Assembly: GCA_964439435.1 (NCBI GenBank)
Contig: CAYTOF010000001.1
Span: 5,585-69,584, forward strand
Length of the DNA stretch: 64,000 bases
Source: an uncultured Oscillospiraceae bacterium
Lineage (GTDB): Bacteria > Bacillota > Clostridia > Oscillospirales > QAMX01
Direction: 5' to 3'
Both the position numbers and the translations under genes were made by a program. This document shows positions 31,114 to 41,438 of the stretch, piece by piece. Every line of letters begins with the position of its first letter. Position 1 is the first letter of the stretch. The notes under the pieces were generated by a model. That model was given only the letters and a program-made list of their open reading frames with translations. It made no database searches and was not told the DNA's origin.

Positions 31114-31162
31114 GCGCCCGCAATACAACAATTCATGTTGTATTGCGGGCGCTTTTTGTTTG
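31114..31162 (+). terminator. Rho-independent terminator after the PPIase gene
   Basis: 17-bp perfect stem GCGCCCGCAATACAACA / TGTTGTATTGCGGGCGC followed by TTTTTGTTTG. Confidence 0.9.
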
Positions 31163-31230
31163 TCTGAACTTTCAAGTGTTTTAGCTGCAAAGAACATGGC
31201 AACAAGAACGATCTAAAGCCGCAAAACATT

Positions 31231-31259
31231 TTGCCAAAAAAGATGCCATATGCTATAAT
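31231..31259 (+). promoter_or_regulatory. SigA-type promoter for pgeF
   Basis: TTGCCA (31231-31236), a 17-nt spacer, then TATAAT (31254-31259). Confidence 0.65.
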
Positions 31260-31287
31260 AATATAAAGTGACAATAGGAGTATTGTT

Positions 31288-32115
31288 TTGAAATCAGACA
31301 AATTTTCAATTATAACTGCGCCAAGTGGCGCTTCTTTAATAGTTTGTGAGGATTTTAATAGGCACCCCGGCATTGTTCATGGATTTACCACCAGAAAAGG
31401 CGGTGTGAGCAAAGGCGTCTATGAAAGCCTCAACATGGGTGTGAACAGGGGAGATAAATCGGAAAACACAGACAAAAACTATGCGTTGCTTTCGAACGCT
31501 GTTGGATATGGCAGAGAGAAATTTTGCTTCACAAAACAGGTACACGGAGATAAAATCCGATACGCGGAACAAAAAGACCTCCTTTCCCCTGCTCATGCCG
31601 ACAATGCCCATGAATGCGATGCACTCATGGCTGATTGCCCGGGCATTTTGCTGGTGGGCATCTTTGCCGACTGTGTCCCTATCCTTTTATTTGACCCGGT
31701 CAAAAATGTCTGTTCGGTTGTTCATGCCGGATGGAGAGGCACGGCACTGGGCATAGCGGCTAAAACAGTTGTGAAAATGGCAGATATGTATAAAAGCTGC
31801 CCCAAGGACATAGTAGCAGCAATAGGGCCCGCAATAATGCCCTGTTGTTTTTTGACTCATGAAGATGTGGTGGAGGCGATTTTGAAGGAGTATCCTGAGA
31901 TTTTGCCTAAAAACGCAAAAAAAGCACAAGACGGCAGATATCACATAGACCTCAAAAGTATCAACGCGGAGCAGCTGTCCCTTGAGGGTGTTATGCAAAT
32001 ACATGTATCGCGCCACTGCACATGTTGTGACGCAGAGCTGTTTTATTCACACAGGAGAGACGGAGCCTTGCGCGGCTCCATGGCCGCCGTTATCGGGCTA
32101 AAGGGGGCGGGCTGA
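31288..32115 (+). CDS. pgeF: Peptidoglycan editing factor PgeF (YfiH/DUF152 laccase-domain family), TTG start
   Basis: Motifs HGFTTRKGGVS..YESLN, QVHG, DCVPILLFDP and HAGWRG. Confidence 0.88.
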   Translation: MKSDKFSIITAPSGASLIVCEDFNRHPGIVHGFTTRKGGVSKGVYESLNMGVNRGDKSENTDKNYALLSNAVGYGREKFCFTKQVHGDKIRYAEQKDLLSPAHADNAHECDALMADCPGILLVGIFADCVPILLFDPVKNVCSVVHAGWRGTALGIAAKTVVKMADMYKSCPKDIVAAIGPAIMPCCFLTHEDVVEAILKEYPEILPKNAKKAQDGRYHIDLKSINAEQLSLEGVMQIHVSRHCTCCDAELFYSHRRDGALRGSMAAVIGLKGAG

Positions 32116-33686
32116 TGCGCAAAATTAAATTTATAGCCGTTCCGGTCTTGATTGCAGCCCTTCTTCTCGGCGGATGTGATGTTCAAAACCCTGAGCCCGT
32201 GGATACGAAAAGCTCGCAGGAGACGGCTCAAACAGCCCTCATGCCACCGGACGCTTCGGTGAGCAGTCTCTTTGGGGTGGCATACAGCACGCAGCACGGA
32301 AACTTCAATCCCATTCTGGAACACCCAAGGATTGATGAGGCGCTGTATTCCCTTCTATACGACAGCCTTTTTAAAGATGACGGAGCTTATGGAACTGTGC
32401 CCGTGCTGTGTGAAAGCATAGAAATCAGTGGCACGGAAATCACCATCACCGTGAAAGAAAATGTTTTTTTTCATGACGGAGGCGTGCTCAGAGCCCAGGA
32501 CGTTGTCTATTCGCTTAATATGGCAAGGAACAACGAAAAGTCGCTGTACAGACAAAGACTTTCGCCTATTGAAAACATATCCGTGCAGAGCAACAATGCG
32601 GTGCTTATAAACCTTTCAACCGCCAAAGGGGGAATAGAAAGACTCCTCGATGTGCCGATTATTCGCGTTGGCACCGGCATCTCCTCCGATGCGATCGGAT
32701 GCGGAAGATATATGACCATAAAAGACGAGGAGATGCTCTACCTTGTCCCCTATTCCTCTTGGCACGGAGGCATACCGAAGAACCCGACGCTATCACATAT
32801 ATTGATGACCCCGGTGCAAGATAAGGATGTGTTGATTTACGGTGTTGTTTCAGGCAACATTGATATCATCACAGTGGACAAGCTGCCGGAAAACGAACTC
32901 TTTCTCTATTCGGATGCGGATATATACCCTGTTGACACCCGCATATTTTATTATTTTGCCTTTAATGTCAGAAGGGTTCCGTCTGCGCTCCTGCGACAAG
33001 CCATTTCACTGACAACAGACAGTGGGGCTTTGTGCGAGACCGCTTTCATGGGGCATATCACCCCCTCTTTTGGCATATACCCAAAGGACATGTTTTCGAC
33101 AACGGAGCGTGAAAACAAAACAAATCATACAAAAGCCCATGAACTCATGGTGAGAGCGGGGTACACGTTGTCCGGAGGACGCTATTGGAATGCAGTCGGT
33201 GAGGAACTCGAGTTGAGCGTTCTTACAAAAGACAGCGCGCACAATATAGCCGCAGCCAATGCCTTTGCGGAAAGCCTCCGAGAATTTGGCATAGTGACAC
33301 AAACGGAAATAAAGTCCAAAGCCGAATACGACAAAGCAGTGAGAGAGGGCAAATTCGACATCTATCTCGGAAATGCTGAAGTAGGCCCGGATTATGACTT
33401 TTCCTTTTTGCTTTCCGGCAGAGGAATTGGCAACTACTCCAACTTTTCCGATGCGGGACTTGGCGGATTGCTTACGGGTTTTGCCGAAGCCGGCATAGGA
33501 CAGGGTCAACTGCTCGCAAGGCAGATAGAAGAGCAAATCAAAGAGCATGCACCGATCATCCCGATTGGCTATAAAGTCGAGTATGTTTATGTTGGCAGAA
33601 AGTACAGACTCAAAGACATAAAAGTAACCGCCGGTGATGTTTTTTACAATGTGTTTGAGTGGCAATCCGGAATAAAACATCCTTAG
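32115..33686 (+). CDS. ABC-transporter family-5 (peptide/nickel type) substrate-binding lipoprotein, with no cognate permease genes nearby
   Basis: Lipobox LLGGC. Size and pattern are typical of SBP_bac_5. Its start overlaps the pgeF stop (ATGA-type overlap at 32112-32117). Confidence 0.75.
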   Translation: MRKIKFIAVPVLIAALLLGGCDVQNPEPVDTKSSQETAQTALMPPDASVSSLFGVAYSTQHGNFNPILEHPRIDEALYSLLYDSLFKDDGAYGTVPVLCESIEISGTEITITVKENVFFHDGGVLRAQDVVYSLNMARNNEKSLYRQRLSPIENISVQSNNAVLINLSTAKGGIERLLDVPIIRVGTGISSDAIGCGRYMTIKDEEMLYLVPYSSWHGGIPKNPTLSHILMTPVQDKDVLIYGVVSGNIDIITVDKLPENELFLYSDADIYPVDTRIFYYFAFNVRRVPSALLRQAISLTTDSGALCETAFMGHITPSFGIYPKDMFSTTERENKTNHTKAHELMVRAGYTLSGGRYWNAVGEELELSVLTKDSAHNIAAANAFAESLREFGIVTQTEIKSKAEYDKAVREGKFDIYLGNAEVGPDYDFSFLLSGRGIGNYSNFSDAGLGGLLTGFAEAGIGQGQLLARQIEEQIKEHAPIIPIGYKVEYVYVGRKYRLKDIKVTAGDVFYNVFEWQSGIKHP

Positions 33687-33699
33687 GGGAGGTTGAGCT

Positions 33700-34824
33700 G
33701 TGATAAAGATAGTGCAATTTGGCGACTTGCATTTGGACGGAGCCCTTGAAAACTCCAAAGCGCAAACAGCAAAACTCAGACGTCTTGGAGCCAGAAAGCT
33801 CTTGCAAGATGCAATTTCATATGCAAATCGCGCAGAGGCTGATATAATTTTATGCACGGGAGATATATTTGACAACCTGACTCCGTATTTGGAAACACAG
33901 ACAGCTGTGACGGAGGCATTCGCCCAAACGGAAATTCCTATATTTGTCACACCTGGCAACCATGACTATTACAGCTTGTCCTCTCCGTGGCATGAACTTC
34001 GCTTCAGTGACAATGTCCACATATTTAAAAGCCAACACCCCGAGAGCGTGGTGCTTGAAGAGCTTGGGGTGTGTATAACCGGCATGGCAAGCACACAAGC
34101 CAAACAGGCGATGCGTCCGCTCAAGGATTTCACGGCGCCGGAGGGTTGCCTTAACATTCTCATCTCCCATGGGGATCTCACCTCATCGGAAACCGATTAC
34201 TTTGCTTTCTCCAAAGAGGAGATTGGCAAGGCAGGGTTTGTCTATGTGGCTTTGGGACATGCCCATGCATTCAAAGCAGAACATTTTGAAAACACCCTTA
34301 TTGTCCAAAACGGCAGCATGGAGGGGCGCGGATACGATGAGCCGGGCGAAAAGGGCCTGGTTTTTGCGACGATATCGCCATCTTTAACCAAGGCGGAACT
34401 TGTGCCGCAGGAGGGTAGCAGATGTGTGCGCACAGAGTTGGACATATCAGGCTTGGATTTTGCGGAGATAATCAAAAGACTTAAAAGAGCCTCGCCTTAC
34501 GGTCCTTCCCGTACGGTCCTCCGTGCAAGGCTTTTCGGAAACGGAGAGGTTGATGCGAAAGCCATAGCCGACGAAATGGATGATCATTTGGCCTTCAAAT
34601 TGGTGTCGGATGTGAACCTGTACAGAGAAGCGGATATGGAAATGGGAATCGATGAGAGTGGCCTTTCAGGAGATTTTGTCGCCAAGATGAAAGTGAAAAT
34701 AGCGGCGGCCAAGGACGAAGAGGAGAGGCAGATACTGGAAAAGGCGTTGAAATACGGTCTTTTGGCTCTGCGCGGAGCCGAACAGCCGCATTTTATAAAG
34801 GAGGCGGGCATCGATGCGATATAA
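33700..34824 (+). CDS. SbcD/Mre11-like metallophosphoesterase (YhaO/SbcF type), GTG start
   Basis: Calcineurin-like phosphoesterase motifs appear in order: GDLHLD, GDIFD, GNHD, SHGD, GHAH. GGGGAGG lies 8 nt upstream of GTG 33700. Confidence 0.85.
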   Translation: MIKIVQFGDLHLDGALENSKAQTAKLRRLGARKLLQDAISYANRAEADIILCTGDIFDNLTPYLETQTAVTEAFAQTEIPIFVTPGNHDYYSLSSPWHELRFSDNVHIFKSQHPESVVLEELGVCITGMASTQAKQAMRPLKDFTAPEGCLNILISHGDLTSSETDYFAFSKEEIGKAGFVYVALGHAHAFKAEHFENTLIVQNGSMEGRGYDEPGEKGLVFATISPSLTKAELVPQEGSRCVRTELDISGLDFAEIIKRLKRASPYGPSRTVLRARLFGNGEVDAKAIADEMDDHLAFKLVSDVNLYREADMEMGIDESGLSGDFVAKMKVKIAAAKDEEERQILEKALKYGLLALRGAEQPHFIKEAGIDAI

Positions 34825-37078
34825 AAAATTGTCGGGAACATTTGGTGTTGCCGCCTCCCCTTTGGAACTTAAAGATGGCTTGAACGTCGTTTTAGCACCG
34901 AATGAATGGGGGAAAACCACACGCTGTGCGATGATTCTATCTGTTTTATACGGTGTCAGCACCTCGGACCGAGCCAGAGAGGGATATATCCCCGACAAGA
35001 TAAAATATCAGCCTTGGAGCGGGAAACCCATGACCGGCACTTTGGAGATGGAGTATAAAGGGCGCGAGATTTTGATAAGCCGCGAAACAAGACGCGCCGA
35101 CAGACCCATGCAGGTATTTAAAGCCATCTACACGGACACCGGCGAAGATGTCGGATTTGCAAGCGCGATGACCGTAGGCGAGGAGATGACCGGTGTCTCT
35201 GCGGATGCATTTTCTCGCAGCGTTTTCTGTTCCGGAGAATCCATGGCTGTGCAAAACAGCGAGGAGTTGGAAAGCAAAATAAATGCCATAGCGGGCACAG
35301 GTGATGAGGAGATTTCTGCCACCGCCATCATGAGGACACTGAGCGAGTGGGGAGCTGAGTTGGAAAGCCGCAGGGGCAGTGCTATAATCCCAAAACTCCA
35401 AAATGAAATCAGAGACATCGAAAACGACATTGTAAAGATAGAGACAATAAATGCGCAGATAATGGAGGTTTCCTCCCGTATCCAAGTTCAAAAGGAGCTT
35501 GTTTTAAAAAACGAAGAGCAACAAAGGCGAGCGAAACTTGCCAAACAGGTGCAGGAGTTGAAAAAAATCGAGGATGCCGAGAAGGAATTGGAGAGTGCCC
35601 GAGAAAGATACGAGATGTATGTGCGGGAAGAAAACCTTCACGGTGCGAGAGCTGATGCGAAAAAAGTCGCACATGCCTTGGATAAGTATCGTTTCGCTCA
35701 AGGACGGCGTGCCGACTATGAAATTGCCAAGGCGGAGAGTTTTCAAGCAAGGCTTTTGGCACAGGAAAACCTGCTTTTGGGCAATCTTGCGATATTCGAA
35801 GGCTGTGAACCCGAATATGCCGTTGAGACGGCACGGCGCGAATATGACGAATGCCAAAGGCTGTCAAAGAGCAAGCCAAGCACCATATATCCCGTGATTG
35901 CAGTAATTTGTGCTCTTCTCGGAGTCGGTATACTGCTCATCCCCGATATACACAGAGCTATCAAAACAGTGTTTTCATTGCTTTTGTTTTTCGGAGCGGC
36001 AATATTTACCTTTGGCACCGTCCGCAACATACTGGGCACATTGCGCGGGAGAAAAGCCGGACAAAAAATGCTGGAAAAATACGATGCGAGGGCACCTGAA
36101 CAGATCTTGACAAGAGCAAAGGAATATGAAGGCGTGTATTCCGAGACAAAAGCCAGGCGCGAGGCTGAAAACCACAAAGAAAGAGCAGAAAGTGAAGCCA
36201 AGGACAGGCTGATGTTTTCGGAAAAAGCCGCGGCAGATGCGGCGGCAAGCCTCGGCATGGAGTTGGAAGAAAGCCCCGAAGAAGTCTTTTCTGAGTTGTT
36301 GCAAAAGATTGAGCAGCTCTCAAAACTTCGCGCAGAGGTTGAAACAGCGGAGACAAGGCTCAAAGCTCTGGAAAGCATGGTTGATATAGAAACGCTGAGA
36401 ACCGCCGCAAAAGAAGCACAGACTTGGGGAAATGAGTCCGTGCCCCTTGAAAAAGAGATTAAAGCTCAATATGAAAGCTCAAAAAATGAGCTTTCCAAGA
36501 CAGAGGCTGAAAAAGAAAGACTGGTGGGCAGGCTTGAAGGTTACAGTGACATCGGCAGCTTAAAAGCTGAGTTGGAAGAAAAGCAGGACTTGGCAGCAGC
36601 TCTCAAAAAAGAAAAAGCCGCAATAGACGCGGCCGGCGAAGTTTTAAAGGAAAGCGCCAAGGAGTTGGCAGGGAGACTCACTCCTTCCATAACCAAGAGA
36701 GCGACGGAGCTGTTTGCTGAGCTCACAGGGCAAAAGTACGAGAGGCTCCTGCTGGACAAGGATTTTTCAGCCCATGTTTTTGAAAAAGGTGAAGAACAGA
36801 TGCGACAGCTGCTGTATCTTAGCCGAGGGGCCCATGATCAGATCTATCTTTCCGTACGCATTGCTCTTTCTGAGGTGCTCTTTGAAGATGAGCTTCCGCC
36901 TCTGGTGCTAGACGATGTGTTGCTGGGATTTGACGATGAGCGTGCGGAAAATGCCATGAATGTACTTGCCAAGATGGCACAAGTGCGCCAGATCATCATT
37001 TTTACATGCAGAGAACGGGATGTGAGGATCTCAGAGAAACACCGGGCAAATATTATTAAGGTAAAAGGTGATATTTAA
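34814..37078 (+). CDS. SbcC/Rad50-like AAA ATPase (YhaN/SbcE type) with a central two-helix membrane hairpin
   Basis: N-terminal P-loop APNEWGKTT, a long E/K/A-rich coiled-coil, the C-terminal signature LSRGAHDQ, and Walker B LVLDDVLLGFD. It overlaps the upstream nuclease gene by 11 nt. Confidence 0.8.
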   Translation: MRYKKLSGTFGVAASPLELKDGLNVVLAPNEWGKTTRCAMILSVLYGVSTSDRAREGYIPDKIKYQPWSGKPMTGTLEMEYKGREILISRETRRADRPMQVFKAIYTDTGEDVGFASAMTVGEEMTGVSADAFSRSVFCSGESMAVQNSEELESKINAIAGTGDEEISATAIMRTLSEWGAELESRRGSAIIPKLQNEIRDIENDIVKIETINAQIMEVSSRIQVQKELVLKNEEQQRRAKLAKQVQELKKIEDAEKELESARERYEMYVREENLHGARADAKKVAHALDKYRFAQGRRADYEIAKAESFQARLLAQENLLLGNLAIFEGCEPEYAVETARREYDECQRLSKSKPSTIYPVIAVICALLGVGILLIPDIHRAIKTVFSLLLFFGAAIFTFGTVRNILGTLRGRKAGQKMLEKYDARAPEQILTRAKEYEGVYSETKARREAENHKERAESEAKDRLMFSEKAAADAAASLGMELEESPEEVFSELLQKIEQLSKLRAEVETAETRLKALESMVDIETLRTAAKEAQTWGNESVPLEKEIKAQYESSKNELSKTEAEKERLVGRLEGYSDIGSLKAELEEKQDLAAALKKEKAAIDAAGEVLKESAKELAGRLTPSITKRATELFAELTGQKYERLLLDKDFSAHVFEKGEEQMRQLLYLSRGAHDQIYLSVRIALSEVLFEDELPPLVLDDVLLGFDDERAENAMNVLAKMAQVRQIIIFTCRERDVRISEKHRANIIKVKGDI

Positions 37079-37081
37079 AAT

Positions 37082-38887
37082 ATGCGTGATATGACAAAAA
37101 TCAGAAACTTTTCAATCATTGCCCATATTGACCACGGCAAATCCACCTTGGCCGACAGGTTGTTGGAAGCCTGTGCCGCCGTCCAAGCTCGAGATATGAC
37201 GGAGCAGTTGTTGGACGACATGGACCTTGAGCGTGAGCGAGGTATTACCATAAAAGCACACGCAGTCAATATGAAATACAAGGCAAAAGACGGTCAGGAA
37301 TATGAGTTGAATTTAATTGACACGCCGGGTCATGTGGACTTCAGCTATGAGGTTTCGAGATCCTTGCGTGCCTGTGAAGGAGCTCTGTTGATTGTGGACG
37401 CGGCACAAGGGGTGGAAGCCCAGACCTTGGCAAACAGCTATCTTGCCATAGATGAGGGGCTGGAGATTTTACCTGTGATAAACAAGATCGACCTTGCCGC
37501 TGCGGACCCGGAAAGAGTAAAGCATGAGATTGAGGAGATTCTCGGCATACCCGCCCAGGATGCGCCGACAATCTCGGCAAAACAAGGATTGAATATAGAA
37601 AGCGTATTGGAGCGCATCATCACCGACATCCCAAGTCCCAAGGGAGATGCGGATGCCCCGCTCAGCGCATTGATCTTTGACAGTGAATACGACAGTTACC
37701 GCGGTGTAATTGTGTTTTTGCGTGTGTTTGACGGTGTCATGCGTGCCGGAGATGAGATCAGAATGATGGACACGGGAAAAGAATTCAACATCATCGAGGT
37801 GGGCAGATTGCTGCCCAAGGGATATGCCCCCTGCGATGCGCTTATGCCCGGCGATGTCGGATATATGAGCGCCGGCATAAAAAATGTGCGTGACACCGCG
37901 GTGGGCGACACGATCACATCCGTGGCAAACCCTGCTCCAAAGGCCCTTCCGGGTTATCGCAAGGTTTTGCCCATGGTGTTTTCCGGCGTATACCCTGCAG
38001 ATGGGGCGAAATACCCCGACTTGCGCGAAGCTCTTGAGAAGCTGCGCCTAAACGATGCGGCATTTTCCTTTGAACCGGAGTCTTCGGCTGCCCTTGGTTT
38101 TGGTTTTCGATGCGGGTTTTTGGGGCTTTTGCATATGGAAATAATTCAGGAGCGCATTGAGCGTGAATATGGCATTGAGATCATCGCGACTGCGCCCAGC
38201 GTCATATACAAGGTGATGCTGACAAACGGGGAAGAACATGTGATAGACAACCCGCAAAATTATCCGGATCCGTCTTTGATCGAATATTCAAGTGAGCCTT
38301 TTGTGAAAGCGTCGATTATGACTCCGACGGAGCATGTGGGCAATATCATGGAACTGTGCCAGGAGAGACGGGGCATACACAAAGGACTTGACTATATCGA
38401 CTCCGACCGCATGGAAGTGCGCTATGAGCTACCCCTCAACGAGATTATATATGACTTTTTTGATGCTTTGAAGTCTCGAACCAAGGGATATGCCTCATTG
38501 GATTATGAGATGCTGGAATACCGCCGCTCAAACCTTGTGAAACTCGACATCTTGCTCAAAGGTGAGGTGGTGGACGCGCTTTCCTTTATCGTCCATGCGG
38601 ACAAGGCCTATTCAAGGGGCAGGCGCATCGCGGAAAAACTGAAAGACAACATTCCGCGACAGATGTTTGAAATCCCGGTACAGGCTGCAATCGGCGGCAA
38701 AATCATAGCAAGGGAGACAATCAAAGCCCTGAGAAAGGATGTCCTTGCAAAGTGCTATGGCGGGGATATCACACGGAAGAAAAAACTGCTTGAAAAACAA
38801 AAAGAAGGCAAGAGAAAAATGCGCAGCATGGGCAGCATAAGTCTGCCGCAAGAGGCCTTTATGGCGGTGCTCAAGTTGGATGAATAG
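37082..38887 (+). CDS. lepA: Translation elongation factor 4 (LepA)
   Basis: G1 motif [18 protein letters not shown], and the LepA C-terminal domain. Confidence 0.97.
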   Translation: MRDMTKIRNFSIIAHIDHGKSTLADRLLEACAAVQARDMTEQLLDDMDLERERGITIKAHAVNMKYKAKDGQEYELNLIDTPGHVDFSYEVSRSLRACEGALLIVDAAQGVEAQTLANSYLAIDEGLEILPVINKIDLAAADPERVKHEIEEILGIPAQDAPTISAKQGLNIESVLERIITDIPSPKGDADAPLSALIFDSEYDSYRGVIVFLRVFDGVMRAGDEIRMMDTGKEFNIIEVGRLLPKGYAPCDALMPGDVGYMSAGIKNVRDTAVGDTITSVANPAPKALPGYRKVLPMVFSGVYPADGAKYPDLREALEKLRLNDAAFSFEPESSAALGFGFRCGFLGLLHMEIIQERIEREYGIEIIATAPSVIYKVMLTNGEEHVIDNPQNYPDPSLIEYSSEPFVKASIMTPTEHVGNIMELCQERRGIHKGLDYIDSDRMEVRYELPLNEIIYDFFDALKSRTKGYASLDYEMLEYRRSNLVKLDILLKGEVVDALSFIVHADKAYSRGRRIAEKLKDNIPRQMFEIPVQAAIGGKIIARETIKALRKDVLAKCYGGDITRKKKLLEKQKEGKRKMRSMGSISLPQEAFMAVLKLDE

Positions 38888-40001
38888 TCTTGGTATATAT
38901 GTGCACATTCCGTTTTGTGCTTCAAAATGCGATTATTGTGACTTCTATTCCTATAGAGCAGGCCGAAGTGAAAAAAAGGACTACGCAAAGGCGCTTAAAA
39001 AACGGATAACAGAAGCCGGTGTCTTTGTGAAAAATCATCTCATAGACAGCATCTATTTTGGAGGGGGCACCCCGACAAGTCTTGGCGCAAAGACCCTCTG
39101 CGATATCCTTGCGGCGATTTTGGCGCACAATGTAAAGGACGGGGCAGAAATATCTCTGGAGGCCAACCCCGGGACTGTCGACGAGGAAAAACTTTTAACC
39201 CTGCGTGAAGGCGGCTTCAACCGCATCTCCTTTGGTATGCAATCAGCAATAAAAGAAGAGCTGCACGCTCTCGGCAGGACACACAGCCACGAAGATACGG
39301 TTTTAGCCGTGAGAAGTGCCGAGGCCGCAGGGTTTGACAATATAAGTCTTGACATAATGCTGGGCTTGCCAAATCAAACGGTTGAGAGCTTGAAAAAAAC
39401 TCTGGATGCCGCCCTTACGCTGCCTTTGCAGCATATCTCTGCCTATTGCCTCAAAGTTGAACTCGGCACTCCTCTGGCATTGCGGCAAAAACTTGAGATC
39501 CCAAGTGAAGATGAGATAGCGACACTCTATGAATTTTGTTGTGAAACCCTTGAAAAAGCAGGCTTTTTGCACTACGAGATCTCCAACTTCGCTCTGCCCG
39601 GGTTTTTGTGTGCCCACAATATGAAGTATTGGAAGCTGTGTCAGTATCTGGGGTTTGGCCCGGGAGCGCATTCGCTTTTTGACAACAAGAGGTTTTATTT
39701 TGAGCGAGACACCGCAGCCTATGCAGATTATGTGGGCTTCGATGCGCTCCATGGGGCCCTGGAGGAGGAATTTGATGCGCAAAGTGAGGAGATTATGCTC
39801 TCACTTCGCCTCTCCGAGGGGATAAGCAAAGAGAGACTCCAAAGCTTTGGTGCGGCCTCCCGAGACATAATGGTGTTCTTGGAAGAGCTTGTAAAGACGG
39901 GATATGCGAAGAGGACATCTGACGGATGGAGACTCTCGCGTCAAGGATTTTTGATTTCGAATACAATCATCACGCAGATTTTAGATATTTTAATCAAATA
40001 A
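38880..40001 (+). CDS. hemW: Radical SAM heme chaperone HemW (HemN-like)
   Basis: CxxxCxxC motif ([10 protein letters not shown]) near the N-terminus, and conserved lepA-hemW synteny with an 8-nt overlap. Confidence 0.9.
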   Translation: MNSLGIYVHIPFCASKCDYCDFYSYRAGRSEKKDYAKALKKRITEAGVFVKNHLIDSIYFGGGTPTSLGAKTLCDILAAILAHNVKDGAEISLEANPGTVDEEKLLTLREGGFNRISFGMQSAIKEELHALGRTHSHEDTVLAVRSAEAAGFDNISLDIMLGLPNQTVESLKKTLDAALTLPLQHISAYCLKVELGTPLALRQKLEIPSEDEIATLYEFCCETLEKAGFLHYEISNFALPGFLCAHNMKYWKLCQYLGFGPGAHSLFDNKRFYFERDTAAYADYVGFDALHGALEEEFDAQSEEIMLSLRLSEGISKERLQSFGAASRDIMVFLEELVKTGYAKRTSDGWRLSRQGFLISNTIITQILDILIK

Positions 40002-40102
40002 GGGATATTTCCTATTTGCTTTGGAAAATGTGTGGGCGAAGACCGTAAGTATTTGTATGGAAACCAGCGGGCATGGATCCAAATGAATATAGGATGAGTA
40101 AA

Positions 40103-40561
40103 ATGAAAAAAATTATATCATTTAGTCTTATAATATTAGTATGTATGTTTATTCTTATGAGCTGCACAACAAAATCTTTACCAACATCAGTTTTAGGAGA
40201 ATGGACTTTAGAAACAATTACTAATACGAGCGAAGATAAAAAGGGGGAAATTATAACTGTTGGAAAAGCATATAGTAGCTTTGATGATTTTAATGGTGAT
40301 AAAAAGGATTCATCGGCTCTATTTAACGAAAATGGAACTTTCGAGATATTTGGCTTGAAAGAAAGCTTTAATGGAAGTTATTCTATAGATAAGGAACTTA
40401 GCACTAAAGATGCAACCGCAATCAATCTGGATATAGATGATAAAACCAAAATAATAGCTACTTATGGGATAAGGCAATATCAAAATGATAAGGAAGTAGA
40501 TTCTTTGATATTCACTCTAGATGAAAAGACATATTCTTTTATTAAATCAGCAACTAATTAA
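40103..40561 (+). CDS. Small lipoprotein of unknown function (lipocalin-like GxW start), in an AT-rich islet
   Basis: Signal peptide plus lipobox ILMSC. The mature part begins ..LGEWTLE. Hand count gives 24 G+C in the first 100 nt, against 55 per 100 nt at 40681-40780. Start chosen at Met11 of the track ORF. Confidence 0.65.
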   Translation: MKKIISFSLIILVCMFILMSCTTKSLPTSVLGEWTLETITNTSEDKKGEIITVGKAYSSFDDFNGDKKDSSALFNENGTFEIFGLKESFNGSYSIDKELSTKDATAINLDIDDKTKIIATYGIRQYQNDKEVDSLIFTLDEKTYSFIKSATN

Positions 40562-40665
40562 AAGATATTATAATAAAAAGCTGCTCAATTTTACAAAACA
40601 AAGTTATTTTCAAAGCAACTATAGTCTTTAAACTATGACTTTATTATGTGTGGGAGGGTGTAAAC

Positions 40666-41355
40666 TTGAAGCGATCAGAGATAAACGCGGCGATAGATTG
40701 GGCAAAGGCACTGGCAGAGCGCATGGGATTTGCTTTGCCGCCCTTTGGTCACAGGACTCCTGCAGAGTGGCATGGAGTAAAGGACGAAGATGAGATCAAG
40801 GAGCTAATGTTGGGTTGGGACGTGACGGACTTTGGATTGAATGAGTTCGAAAAAACGGGAGCTGTTCTCTTTACGCTGCGCAACGGAGATACTGCCGGAC
40901 GGGGAACACCATATGCCGAAAAACTGCTGATGTTCTTGCCCGGCCAAGGACTGCCCTTTCACTATCATGTTTACAAAACCGAAGACATCATAAATCGGGG
41001 AGGGGGTATTCTCTGCGCAACGCTGTACAATGCAAATCGCGATAAAATGCTCCCTCACGGGGCCTTTGAGACGGACAATCTCACCGATGTGACTGTCTAT
41101 ACCGACGGAAAGAAAAACATCCTGCCGGCCGGGGGCACTCTAAAAATCGAGCCCGGAGCCTCTGTGACACTGCGCCCATATATGTATCATGCGCTTTATG
41201 CCGATAAAGAGGGCGGCGAGTTGTTGGCGGGGGAGGTCTCCTCGATAAACGACGACAAAACGGACAATTATTTTCTAAAAGCTCTGCCGAGATTTGCCCG
41301 CGTGAAGGAAGATGCGGAAATATTATATTATCTTGCAAACGAATATCCCGGATAA
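40666..41355 (+). CDS. D-lyxose/D-mannose-isomerase-family cupin sugar isomerase (TTG start)
   Basis: Cupin metal motif region FHYH..K.EDIINRGGG and the pattern of YdaE-like proteins. GGGAGGGTG lies 6 nt upstream of TTG 40666, whereas the track start at 40648 overlaps that SD. Confidence 0.7.
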   Translation: MKRSEINAAIDWAKALAERMGFALPPFGHRTPAEWHGVKDEDEIKELMLGWDVTDFGLNEFEKTGAVLFTLRNGDTAGRGTPYAEKLLMFLPGQGLPFHYHVYKTEDIINRGGGILCATLYNANRDKMLPHGAFETDNLTDVTVYTDGKKNILPAGGTLKIEPGASVTLRPYMYHALYADKEGGELLAGEVSSINDDKTDNYFLKALPRFARVKEDAEILYYLANEYPG

Positions 41356-41438
41356 ACACATATACCCCACATTGTTCAAAGGGTCACATTTAAAAGTCGC
41401 CCTGTGCAATGTGGGGTATATATATGAAAGGCATTGAT

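Noticed and set aside
33006-33959. 317-aa ORF on the minus strand spanning the junction between the solute-binding protein gene and the SbcD-like gene
   Set aside because: It is fully antisense to two well-supported plus-strand genes. Its composition is Cys/Arg/Phe-rich and low-complexity, it has no SD, and it has no recognisable motif. I treat it as a chance antisense frame.
35743-36378. 211-aa minus-strand ORF (with several shorter ones nearby) inside the SbcC-like gene
   Set aside because: It is a Ser/Leu/Ala-rich mirror image of the E/K/A-rich coiled-coil codons. This is the typical antisense artefact of coiled-coil genes.
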